A stretch of DNA of 64,000 bases. Origin: Basidiobolus meristosporus CBS 931.73 (lineage: Eukaryota; Fungi; Basidiobolomycota). The notes beneath the pieces were generated by a model. It was not told the origin of the DNA and ran no database searches. It saw nothing but the letters and a program-made list of their open reading frames with translations. Every line of letters begins with the position of its first letter. Position 1 is the stretch's first letter. Shown here one piece after another: positions 12,101-23,661 of this stretch. The translations under genes were made by a program, and so were the position numbers. The stretch lies in the NCBI GenBank assembly GCA_002104905.1, contig MCFE01000090.1, positions 1-64,000 on the forward strand, in the 5' to 3' direction.

Positions 12101-12634
12101 TTTCAATGCTGCTACTCACTGCAAATAAGTATGCATTCTTGATCTTGGGCAATTGTGGGCGGATGGTGAGCGTCTGAGTGTCGTACATTGAGACAACATT
12201 ATCTAACGTCGTCGGGATTAGACTTGGCCTGGGAGCAAAACCAGTGGAGCATTACCTGATAAGGACACCAGCACATCCATTTCTTTGATGTATTCTATTT
12301 GTTCAATGGGTTTTTTTGAGAAGTTCTTCTTGGATTCGATAAGCGTTACCGACAAAGGCTCCTCATCTAGGTATTTTCAGTGAATGAAGCTCGAATGGTA
12401 CTTAGATGCTTCGATATATCGACCAACCTGTAGGTTCCCTAACTTCATAAACTAGCAATACACCTGTGGAAGTACCGACAAATAGCCTATCACCTAAAAG
12501 CCAACACCCAGAGGTAAGTAAGAAACGCTGGCGCCACTCAACAAAACAGAAGCGAAACAACTGTAGGCTAGCACGGACTCAATCTTCAGTGGCAGATCCT
12601 CAACCACTGGGATCACCTCGAATGCTTGGTGCAT
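9175..12634 (-). CDS. VPS39: Vam6/Vps39 HOPS subunit (multi-exon)
   Basis: N-term MHQAFEVIPVVEDLPLKIESVLAY-DRLFVGTSTG (CNH domain); IDTTLLKAY...LLRVSNHC; C-terminal zinc finger CPHCLKRIGNSVFAVFPNGVVVHYSC. Confidence 0.93.
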
Positions 12635-12871
12635 TGTGTCGGTAGAGATTAAGTTGACTTTAGAAGTATACTGGAGCAAAATTGCTTGCTTAATACATGA
12701 TGGTGACGACAATGGGTGGCTAACACCCAAAATTCACCAGAACTCCAGATTCGGGTGATTTAATCATATAACCAGCATAATTACGCTTAATTACGCTTGG
12801 GCATGAGTGAAATAACGAACATGGTTTATTGGGAGGTATTTTGATCACTCTATCATAGGATATTGGGCTAG

Positions 12872-12959
12872 GGTATATGATCAAGAGGGTGTTCAAACCT
12901 TGGTATATGATCAAGAGGGTGTTCAAACCTTGGTATATGATCAAGAGGGTGTTCAAACC
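12872..12959. repeat. Perfect 30-bp tandem repeat x3 (GGTATATGATCAAGAGGGTGTTCAAACCTT)
   Basis: Units at 12872, 12902 and 12932 read directly; no spacers. Confidence 0.95.
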
Positions 12960-13058
12960 AAAGCGCCCTCAAGGTCGGCAATTACTGAGAAACTGGCGAA
13001 AAAATATGATACATGGAGAATGAAGCGAACGAACAAAACGGAAATGCTGATGTGAGGA

Positions 13059-14566
13059 TCAACGCATACTACGCTGCATGAATTCCAGCTCCTTGGGGTA
13101 GTCTCTGAATTGCCGCTGTATCCCCTTTGGGCAGTTGGCTCTAATCCAGGGATGTCTCTTGGCCTCTAAGAGCGGCATACGCTCGTTGGGATTGTGGACC
13201 AACAGCTGCAATGATGATTAATGGAAGCTCCGTGATGTTTACGGCGAACTCAACTTACTTTACGAATGAAGTCGCCCGCTTGAGGAGACAGGTAGTCGGG
13301 GATTTTCAGGTCGACTTTGGAAATCCTTTTGTACGTCGCCTTAATACTAGACAGGTCCTCGAACGGGGGGTTGCCAACCAGGAACTCATAGGTCAAGACA
13401 CCCAGACTCCACAGATCCACGTGGATGCTATGGTCACGGCCCTCCACCATTTCCGGGGGAAGGTAATCCAAAGTACCACACAGGGTGGTTCGTCTAGAAC
13501 GAGACTAAGCTCAGTCATTGTGCAAGCAAGAGACAAAAACAAAGCATACCGATTTGTTTGATTATGGTGGACTGACCAGCCGAAATCTGCCAGCTTGACT
13601 TGGTTGTCCATCGTCAGCAACAGATTCTCGGGCTTGATATCTCGATGAATGACATGCTTCGAATGAAGATAATGGAGGGCATCTGCGATTTGGCCAATGT
13701 ACTAAATCACTCGTTAGAGGAGGGTCGCATCTAAGAACGTGGAGGCGAATACTAACCGAAGCGGCGGTTGGCTCATCGTAATGCGTTATTTTCCGTAGCT
13801 CCTTGTACAATTCACCTTTGGATGCGAACTCGATGATGAGGTAGATCTTGGTCTCATCGAAGAAGTACCCGAACAGCCGAAGGATATTTGGATGTCTAAA
13901 GATGCTCAGTCAGTTGCGTGATGATAGGTCAGCGTGGAAAGAACGAACCTCAAATGGGTCTGGATCTCGATCTCTCTGCGAACCTGCTTTTCAAGCTGGG
14001 ATTCGATCAGTTCGGATTTGTGAAGGACCTTCAAGGCCACGACGTAATTATTCATCTTGGCTCTGGCCAGGTAAACTCGTCCGAATTTGCCTCTACCAAG
14101 GCTCTTTCCGATTTGGAAATCGTCGAGACTCCAGCTGGTGGGTCGGAGTAGTCTATGGAAGCCTTTAGTACTCGCTCTTCCTTGAATCCAGCTTGGATAG
14201 GTGGCCTACCTTTCATCCACTCCGAGGGTGTTTTTTTCTCTATCACCGGATTGAAGTCGTTTAGAGAATGCTGTGGGCTTAGGATTGACCTCTGGGGGTG
14301 GCATTAGCTGCGCATCGGTGAATTTGGCCTGGACCACAGTACTACTGACTGAGGTGGTGGGGGCTTTCTTCATTAGGCGATTGGCCAAAGTATTATTCAG
14401 CATGGCCACCTTCGTTAAGCCAGGGTTTTGAGCTCCCTTTCGAGGTGGATTTTGAACAGCCACTGGCTCTTTGCTTTGGGCTTTAGTTCTATTCTATAAC
14501 AAAACAGTAAGTTTAAATAAGTATGGTTGAGCATAAGCGTACATGGCCTCGTAGTTATTGTACCAT
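13059..14566 (-). CDS. IPL1: Aurora kinase (Ipl1/Ark1), multi-exon
   Basis: [48 protein letters not shown]-term HPWI. The start (ATG-only first exon at 14564-14566) is inferred. Confidence 0.92.
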
Positions 14567-14992
14567 TGACTTTCTCTCCTTATCGTATGGCTCACCGCTT
14601 CGTAGCTTAGGGTCAACCTTTTTTACGATATTCATATTTATTGCAGTGACTATCAAGCCCGCTTTCAATTTCACACAAACAATGGGAATTGATTATTTGA
14701 TCGTATTAGCTTCTTTTTACCAAAACAATAAACAAATCTTTCCGTCAACCAATGAGGTGCGCCCCATCATAGGGAAAAGTTTAGAATCCAATGATCTTAA
14801 TCAACCATGGAGGCTCTGTTACATACCTCTCGCTGGGCTATCAGGTTGTTCGAGGAAATAATCGTTTGAATCTCAGTAAATTTATTGATGGATTTAGAGG
14901 AATTAAATGCTATGAACAATAATATGAAAAAGGTTCGAGATTAATTCAGTTCGGTGTGAATAATTGTCCATTAAAGTGATACAGTGATTAAA

Positions 14993-16294
14993 TTAGATCT
15001 CTAATTGCTTTGGCTTCTCCCACGAAAACTCCTCGCGTCCGAAGTGGCCATAGCAGGCGGTCTTGGAGTAGATGGGCTTGAACAGGTTCAGCTCCTTGAC
15101 GATCACCCCTGGTCTCAGGTCCCAGTTCTTCTTGATGATCTCCAACAGCTCAAGGTTGCTCTTGACTCCGGTTCCATAGGTGTCGACGAAGATAGATAGC
15201 GGCTCGGCAACGCCAATGGCATAGGAGAGCTGGACCAGGCAGCGACGTGCAAGCTTGGCTGCCACCAAGGACTTGGCGATCCAGCGAGCAGTGTAGGCTG
15301 CTGAGCGATCGACCTTGGACCAGTCCTTGCCCGAGAAGGCTCCGCCTCCGTGGGCTCCCCAGCCACCATAGGTGTCAACAATGATCTTGCGTCCGGTGAG
15401 TCCGGCATCGCCCTGAGGTCCACCGATGATGAACTTGCCTGAGGGATTCAAGTGGTAGACTGTTCTCTCGTCGAGGAGCTCGGCAGGGATCACCGAGGCA
15501 ATCACCTTCTCCTTGAGCTCACGACGAATCGTCTCGTTGTCGACATCGGCCGAGTGCTGGGTGGAGATGACCACAGTGTCCACACGGAGCGGGAGCATGG
15601 CTCCGTTCTCGTTCTTGTACTCGACTGTGACCTGGGTCTTGGAGTCTGGGAGAAGCCATGGGAGAGTGCCGTCACGACGGAGCTGGCTCATCTTGTAGTT
15701 GAGCTTGTGCGAGAGTGTCACGGTCAATGGCATCAGCTCGGGGGTCTCGTCAGTGGCGTATCCAAACATGATTCCCTGATCTCCGGCGCCAGTATCCTCG
15801 ATGGCCTGGCTCACTTGCACGAGGCCCTGGGCAATGTCAGGGGACTGTTGCTCAATGGCAACCAACACGTTGCAGGTCTTGTAGTCGAAGCCCTTCTCGG
15901 AGTGATCATAGCCGATTCCTCGGATGGTCTCTCTGATCACCTTCTGGTAGTCAATCTGGGCCTTGGTGGTGATCTCGCCGAACACCATGATCATTCCGGT
16001 CTTGGCGGCTGTCTCGCAGGCGACCTTGGAGAGGGGGTCTTGGGCAAGGCAAGCATCGAGGATGGCATCGGAGATTTGATCGCAGATTTTGTCTGTAGTG
16101 TGTAGAAGGACTGGTTAGCACGGCAGCCAAGCTGTTGGAGTAGAGGTGCAGGCAATAGTAACAGTAATGGTGAAATGGAATGAGGTGGAAGTGGAGGCAT
16201 CAAGAGTACTCGGAGAGAGATACTAACCAGGGTGGCCTTCGCCAACGGACTCAGATGTGAATAGGAAGGTTTCTTGCTCAGCTAGGAAAACCAT
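14993..16294 (-). CDS. SAM1: S-adenosylmethionine synthetase, copy 1 (one 135-nt intron)
   Basis: [22 protein letters not shown]|DKICDQISD; [12 protein letters not shown]; GGGAFSGKD; YGHFGR. Confidence 0.97.
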
Positions 16295-16858
16295 GACTTT
16301 GTAATAATTTTCGAAGCACGCAGTAGCGGTATTTATGTATGCAATGGTCTCTGTGTGATGATCATCGGTATTGAGCCCTAATGATAAAGAATACAGGATT
16401 GCGAACTCACCAGAGCCAATTAGAAGCAGATAGCATGTTGCAACTTTCATATGAAACTTTGCCAAATTAGGATTAAGTTAGGCAATCTGTCCCGGCTGTT
16501 GTAATTTTGCGAACATGCGATAGATTCTATCTGCCATCACGCCATTCGTACACAGTTTGGCATATACCTCGGGCCCACATTCACACGATAGTGCAGAAGT
16601 CTGAGCGGTGATATATTCTGAATGATAACGATCTAATCATGTAGGGTACACGAACAACGTGGAATTTGTCTATGTTATGTGATAGTTCATTTTAAATGAA
16701 TAACCATAAAGTGTGGAAACACAAGTCATGGTGTAAATTTCCAATTGGCCTGCTTTGGGTGAGGACTTCCGATACTCTACCCCACTTGCCCTATGAGCGA
16801 TTGATGATAAAAAGGGCCTCGAAGTAGTCTCATTATCTATATCAAGCGTAGCAGTAAA

Positions 16859-18163
16859 ATGACCAACTTTTCGGCTGAACAAGAAACTTTCCTATTCACA
16901 TCTGAGTCCGTTGGCGAAGGCCACCCTGGTTAGTATCTCTCTCCGAGTACTCTTGATGCCTCCACTTCCACCTCATTCCATTTCACCATTACTGTTACTA
17001 TTGCCTGCACCTCTACTCCAACAGCTTGGCTGCCGTGCTAACCAGTCCTTCTACACACTACAGACAAAATCTGCGATCAAATCTCCGATGCCATCCTCGA
17101 TGCTTGCCTTGCCCAAGACCCCCTCTCCAAGGTCGCCTGCGAGACAGCCGCCAAGACCGGAATGATCATGGTGTTCGGCGAGATCACCACCAAGGCCCAG
17201 ATTGACTACCAGAAGGTGATCAGAGAGACCATCCGAGGAATCGGCTATGATCACTCCGAGAAGGGCTTCGACTACAAGACCTGCAACGTGTTGGTTGCCA
17301 TTGAGCAACAGTCCCCTGACATTGCCCAGGGCCTCGTGCAAGTGAGCCAGGCCATCGAGGATACTGGCGCCGGAGATCAGGGAATCATGTTTGGATACGC
17401 CACTGACGAGACCCCCGAGCTGATGCCATTGACCGTGACACTCTCGCACAAGCTCAACTACAAGATGAGCCAGCTCCGTCGTGACGGCACTCTCCCATGG
17501 CTTCTCCCAGACTCCAAGACCCAGGTCACAGTCGAGTACAAGAACGAGAACGGAGCCATGCTCCCGCTCCGTGTGGACACTGTGGTCATCTCCACCCAGC
17601 ACTCGGCCGATGTCGACAACGAGACGATTCGTCGTGAGCTCAAGGAGAAGGTGATTGCCTCGGTGATCCCTGCCGAGCTCCTCGACGAGAGAACAGTCTA
17701 CCACTTGAATCCCTCAGGCAAGTTCATCATCGGTGGACCTCAGGGCGATGCCGGACTCACTGGACGCAAGATCATTGTTGACACCTATGGTGGCTGGGGA
17801 GCTCACGGAGGTGGAGCCTTCTCGGGCAAGGACTGGTCCAAGGTCGATCGCTCGGCAGCCTACACTGCTCGCTGGATCGCAAAGTCCTTGGTGGCAGCCA
17901 AGCTTGCACGTCGCTGCCTGGTCCAGCTCTCCTATGCCATTGGCGTTGCCGAGCCGCTATCTATCTTCGTCGACACCTATGGAACCGGAGTCAAGAGCAA
18001 CCTTGAGTTGTTGGAGATCATCAAGAAGAACTGGGACCTGAGACCAGGGGTGATCGTCAAGGAGCTGAACCTGTTCAAGCCCATCTACTCCAAGACCGCC
18101 TGCTATGGCCACTTCGGACGCGAGGAGTTTTCGTGGGAGAAGCCAAAGCAATTAGAGATCTAA
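16859..18163 (+). CDS. SAM2: S-adenosylmethionine synthetase, copy 2 (intron 16929-17063)
   Basis: [23 protein letters not shown]|DK...; protein identical to copy 1 beyond the first few residues. Confidence 0.97.
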
Positions 18164-18265
18164 TTTAATCACTGTATCACTTTAATGGACAATTATTCAC
18201 GCTGAACTGAAACATCATTTGTTATATAAACCACTTTCTGAAAGAAGAACTTGTGAAAAACAATG

Positions 18266-18304
18266 GTTCGGGAATAGTTCGGGAATAGTTCGGGAATAGT
18301 TCGG
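18266..18304. repeat. 11-bp tandem repeat x3.5 (GTTCGGGAATA)
   Basis: Read directly; lies between the convergent 3' ends of SAM copy 2 and CASP. Confidence 0.9.
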
Positions 18305-18382
18305 ATTTACAACTACAAACAGATCGTATTTGGTAATTGGATATTGTTTTGACAAATACAAGGAATGGAAAAACCAAACAAT

Positions 18383-21380
18383 CTAATCTTGCAGCCCCGA
18401 AGGAACATACAACTCGCAATCTTGCCATTGGGACAATTTGTACAGAGTGATAAGTACAATGAAGTGAAGCAGGAAGGAATAAGCAATCAAAAAGTAGCGG
18501 CCATTCTTGTTGGCCAATACGTGGCGAGCGATGTTTAAGGTGGTGCGCTCCACCGGGTTTAACGAGTTGTATCGACGAGATTCCTCCTGTTGGCGTGGAA
18601 AACGAGATCAATCATAGCTCCACACGACCGATTCACTAACAATATACAATATATACCTTCTTCTTGTAAGCCTGGAATGGATTCAGATTCTCTTCATACA
18701 TACTCGAGTATCTGTCGGCTACATTATCGTTGCGAGAGTATGTATTGTCAACGTTGATGACGGTATTCACATTCTAAAATATAGAAGTATACGTGATGTC
18801 AACAAACGAATATTCCAGCAGAAAGGAAGTCGCATTTACCCTCTTTGATGGACCATCATTACGGTAGGAGCTGATGTATTGGATTTTCTCGTACAACTTG
18901 ACATTGTCTTCCCTTAAAGACTCTAACTCTCCGCCAAGATCAGAGATCCGCTCATTGAGTCCTCGCACCTCTTCTTCAAGCTCAAAGTTACGTTGGCGGA
19001 AACGATCACGCTGGCTTGTGAGGATAGGAATGATGGAGTTGTCGTTGCTAGAGTTCAGGAACGGCGAAGAGGGGCGGCTTTCCTAAAGTAATAGTGAGCT
19101 TGGGCACGCAATGAAGATGGAAGAAAACTACATACTGTAGACAGCGGGTCAGTGATGGAGGATACACTACGACGAGCGTTGACGTTGCTCAAATCCTCTT
19201 CCAACTTCTTAGTCAAGCTTTTCTGGTCAGTCAGTTCACTCTGGGCCTTGGAAAACTCTTCCTGTGCCTTTACCAAGTCAGTGTTGACTTGTTGTAATGT
19301 GAGCTATAGAAGAGTATATCAGTAACAGTCGGCAGTATCTCATTTAGATTGCCTACCTTGAGATTCGTCAACTCATTCTCCATCTTTCTGTTCTTGAGCA
19401 TCAATAGCTTCTCCAGGGATCCAGGCTTGGTATCCCCGTTCACTCCGTTTGTCTTCTGGGCCTCATCCAACTCATTTGCAAATTCGACAGACTAGATGGC
19501 GACGGTGTAGTTGTAGTTGTAGCAGATAGAGAATACATCGAGCAAGACACCGAAACTACCTTCAGGATCTCAAGCTCATTCTTGATCTGGATGTAATCCT
19601 TGCGCTCTCTTAGCTGAGACTTGAGTTCTTGGATTTCTTTCTCCTGATGACTCTTGCGTTAATAGTGTATTTGGGAAAATGCGTGGTCAGCTCTGGAAGT
19701 ACTTTTTCGGAAAGAGTGCTTTCGAAGTTGGCCTTGCGGCTGGAAGTCACGTTCTCACTCTGGCTGGCCGATTGTCTGAGAGATTCGATTTGCTTGATCA
19801 ACTTGGATATTTCACCCTAACAAACGGGATGTTGAATTGAAATGGAAGCCAGAAAAGGTAGATCCATACATCACTACCTCTTGCTCTGCATATCTACGCT
19901 CATATTCCGCTATTCTGTGGATTGATTCATTCTAAGCTCTTGCCCTGACAGTGGCATTGCAATCTACCCTCTACCTTTCATCAGAACCACGCTCGTCGCG
20001 TGCCGCTTGAACTTCATTCTTAAGGACCTCCTGCGAATGGCTCTTTAGCATGTGACCAAACACACACGAGACCCGGTGAAGCTTACATTTTCCCCTTCCA
20101 ACTCCACAATCTTGGCGCTTGCTCTTTCAAGGTCCATAACCACGATATCCAGCTCCGCAAGCTTGGCAGCGGTCTCTTCGTCTAAAAATCGCTGAGTATT
20201 TCCATGGGGAACGAATAGCTGATCGAGTGTCTACCATTTTTCTCTCCATGTCCGATGAGCTTAGCCTGGGTGTTGTCATGAGAACTCTTCAACTGGATGA
20301 TCTGTTCATTGGCTTGGTCAAGTTGCTTCTGAAGCTGCATTTCGCTTTGGAAGCAATGCCGATTAAAACCTGCAGCAAACCAGCGCGGTGAAAACGACCT
20401 ACCGCTCTCTGAAGTTGTTCACCTTTGTGTCAAAGATCTCTTTGATTTCTGCCTCTTTTTGCTCCACCTTCTCGGTGACTACCTCATCCATCTACATCGA
20501 GAACTCCTGTGAGTATACTCTACACCGCGGTCAACCTACCAACCATATTACTTTCTCTTCGAATCTGGCCAATCTCTGGTTAAGCGCGATATTTTCTTGC
20601 TCTTGTCCGCGAAGCCTAACGAGCTCCTCGTTGCTCTCCCCCAGTTCGTCTTTTAGTCGCTTTAGGTCGGATTTCAGGGTTTTGTTCTCGGCGGATTTTG
20701 CATTCTCTTCCTGAGGAAAACGTTCACCACCTTGCCAAATACTCAACATGAACGCACCACGGGAAACCTACCATCAACGCTGAAATCAAAGGAGCTGGGT
20801 CCGGTACGTCGGCGAAGAGCTTGTACAAATTTAGAAAACATCCTTCGGCGAATTTCAATCGACGAGTCAGATTGTCGATCTCTCCCTGGTAGGCTACACG
20901 TTAAGAGAGCAGGGTGAATTTCAACGCGGAGAGCACAACTTTTCCACCAGATGAGACCAACCTTTAAGTAGGGTTTTGAACTCGCGGGGTTTGTCTTGAT
21001 CGGCCACCTTTTTGAATTCTGCTCGGACACAGGTCGATGAGATTATTGGTTTTCAGGGACGAACCGGAGCTCTGGGTTACCTTTGGTTTTTTCGGCCAGC
21101 TGCTTTCGTGTGTTCGAGGTATCTTTTTGGTTATTTACAATTTCGGCACCCTGGGCATCGAGTTCTGTCTGTAGTTTGCTCAGGCCCACCCCTAGAAAGT
21201 GGAGATGAGGTATTTAGCAGGGGCAAAGAAGGTTAGAAAGCCTCGGAAATCCCGTCGTGACACTTGGGCCTCAAGAAAGGGAGCATCCACCGGAGATTTC
21301 AAGCTGCTGTGGCTGGTAACCTCACCTTCCCAAGATTTAAAGGCGGTGGTGAGACTTTCATCAAAAGAATTACGAGCCAT
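18383..21380 (-). CDS. COY1: Golgi coiled-coil protein CASP/Coy1 (multi-exon)
   Basis: N-term LTTAFKSWE...LSKLQTELDAQG...RKQLAEKTKEFKK; CASP_C IIPILTSQRDRFRQRNFELEEE...DNVKLYEKIQY; C-terminal TM YFLIAYSFLLHFIVLITLY. Confidence 0.9.
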
Positions 21381-21999
21381 CTTCCAAGTTTCCCGAGTGC
21401 TTCACCACTATGTTGTGTGTGAGATATGGTCTGCTAAAAATAGTAGGAAGCAAATATGCAACTACACTAGAATCGGTGCTTTAAGAAAAGGCTATTTCCC
21501 GCCTACACGAATAGTATAGATGCCCAATGTCATCGATTCATTGGCGAAGTGAGGCGAATTAAGAATCAGCTAATCCTGGGCGTCGTTTTAAGCATTTTGG
21601 GCATCTTAAGCAAAGATTTACTCTTACTCTTCGGACTCTCCATGAAGCGCCCTGATGCGAAAACCAAGCCTCCATATTGAAGCGCATCAATTGGCCATCC
21701 GGAGATTGCGCAGATATTCTAATCGCAGTGCAACAATTGCAGCAATTCACCAGATAAATACATCAGAGCCATGATGCATTGTGTAGGAACGTCGATTAAT
21801 TGGTGGACAAACAAAGTCTAAATTGATGATCGTCACTCCTTGTTCTAAAGGAGAGGTGTCATGCAGATGAACATCAATGAGCCCCTCTACTACTCCTTAC
21901 CAGGAAAATCCATTGTTAAGGGGACGGTAGGCTGACTATTTACAACTTCTTGAGCTCAGGTTCAGTCTCTATTAAACTTATCCCTACTGCTTTCCCATA

Positions 22000-23507
22000 A
22001 TGTCACACGTACGTATATCTGTACCTCAAAGATGTCAGGACAAGCGCTAACTCCTTACACAGAGATATGGTGGACGCTGGAAGAATGCCAAGAAAGGCCT
22101 ACAGTTCACCATCATGGTAGTTGGTAAGTGTGCTCGCCGTGCTTCAACCCCCACACCTTTGTCTAATCTTGGCGAACCACAATGCAGGTGCATCCGGTCT
22201 GGGGCGTACGACGTTTGTCAATACACTATGTGAGAAGAAAATCTTTCCCAACCGCACGGAATTCGACCCTGAAACAGCCCATGTCCCCAAGCCTATTGAG
22301 ATCCGCCCGGTGAATACTGGTAACGTTCCAGGCTAACGCCTCCATACAGCCATGGTCACTCACATGAAAAAGAATTGGAGGAAGATAGCATGAGAATCGC
22401 ACTGACTGTGGTTGATACTCCTGGGTTTGGCGACGGTATTGACAATGAAAATAGGTAGGAGCGACCGTCAGCCTGTCTACTGCTGCCCCACTATTTACAA
22501 CGCTATACAGCTTCCGAGAGATCCTGAACTACGTCGAACAGCGCTACGATATTATTCTTTCCGAAGAATCTAGGATTCGCCGTAATCCCAAGTTCCAGGA
22601 CAATCGGGTCCACGCCCTGATCTACTTCATCACGCCCACGGGTCATTCGTAAGTCACCCCCCGCTCCCACCGCTTTCCTCTACATCTAACCTCAACCATG
22701 CTAGCCTACGCGAGATGGATATTGAGTTGATGAAGAGGCTTGGCCCGCGAGTCAACATCATCCCGGTCATAGGGAAAGCAGATACCCTCACCCCATCGGA
22801 GTTGGCGACGTTCAAAAAACGGGTAGGTCAACCAACCGTCTCAATAGTATTCAATGCAACTAAACAACCCCTCCCAGGTGATGGCTGACATCGAATACTA
22901 TCGCATTCCTATCTATCATTTCCCCAATGACCACGACGATGACGAAGAAATGATCGCTGAAAATAACGAGCTAAGGGTTTGTAGACCCCATTGAATGCCT
23001 CGTCTCCACCTAGCTAACTCGAGGACAGGCACTCCTTCCGTTCGCTGTGATTGGCAGTGAGGAGGAGTTTATTGTAGATGGAGTCAAGGTTCGCGGAAGG
23101 AGGTATCCCTGGGGGCACGTCGATGGTGGCTATGTCCCAACTCTTCCACGCCAACTCGTACTAACCACCAGTTCTCAGTTGACAACCCCGAACATTGCGA
23201 CTTTGATCGTTTGCGCTTCATGCTCCTCAAGTTAGTTCATCTCAACTAGACCACCATTCAACGACAGCATTACTCATTGGAATCCCCAGCTCGCATATGA
23301 CCGACCTGCGTGAACTCACTCACAATGTTCTCTACGAAAACTACCGTACTGAGAAGCTGAGCCGCATGAGCCCCGATATGCTAGAGTAAGTCATCCCGCG
23401 ACCGCCCTGTTTATATCACTGCTAATCTGTGTGGAAGTAGTGAGAACAAAAGATCCGAACCAAGCTCTCCTGTTTCCGCTGCTTCCCAACCCCCCGCTAG
23501 CCCTTGA
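22000..23507 (+). CDS. CDC11: Septin, Cdc11/AspA-like (multi-exon)
   Basis: [26 protein letters not shown]-loop; VVDTPGFGD; GKADTLT; RGRRYPWG; [10 protein letters not shown]. Subfamily inferred from GASGxGRTTF. Confidence 0.88.
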
Positions 23508-23661
23508 GCATTGTAACGTCAGTTTGGTCGTCTTCTAATTTAATTTTATGTGACTTGCATCGAACCCCTCTACCTATGCTATGGGCCACCATATTTAAAT
23601 CTTAAATATAAATGCTGTTAATCGAACTCCACCATACGTATGCCAACATCTCTGGTCCACC

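Larger units (their letters stand above)
14956..18200. repeat. Large inverted repeat: arms 14956-16267 and 16889-18200 (1312 bp each), 621-bp spacer
   Basis: Arms include the intron and about 40 bp of 3' UTR; six synonymous differences seen, all in the 3' third. Confidence 0.95.

Noticed and set aside
12872-12959. 30-bp repeats as a CRISPR array
   Set aside because: Units are contiguous with no spacers, there are no cas genes, and the context is eukaryotic.
15452-17704. Long antisense ORFs (217 aa twice; likewise 34496-35167 and 25982-26566) as overlapping genes
   Set aside because: Expected shadows of strongly C/G-ending codon usage in highly expressed genes; no protein motifs.
18266-18304. 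TTCnnGAA units as a heat-shock element
   Set aside because: The period is 11 rather than 10 bp and the site lies between two convergent 3' ends, not in a promoter.
21500-21760. Small hydrophobic or Cys-containing ORFs between CASP and the septin
   Set aside because: No convincing start, splice structure or motif; probably promoter or UTR sequence.
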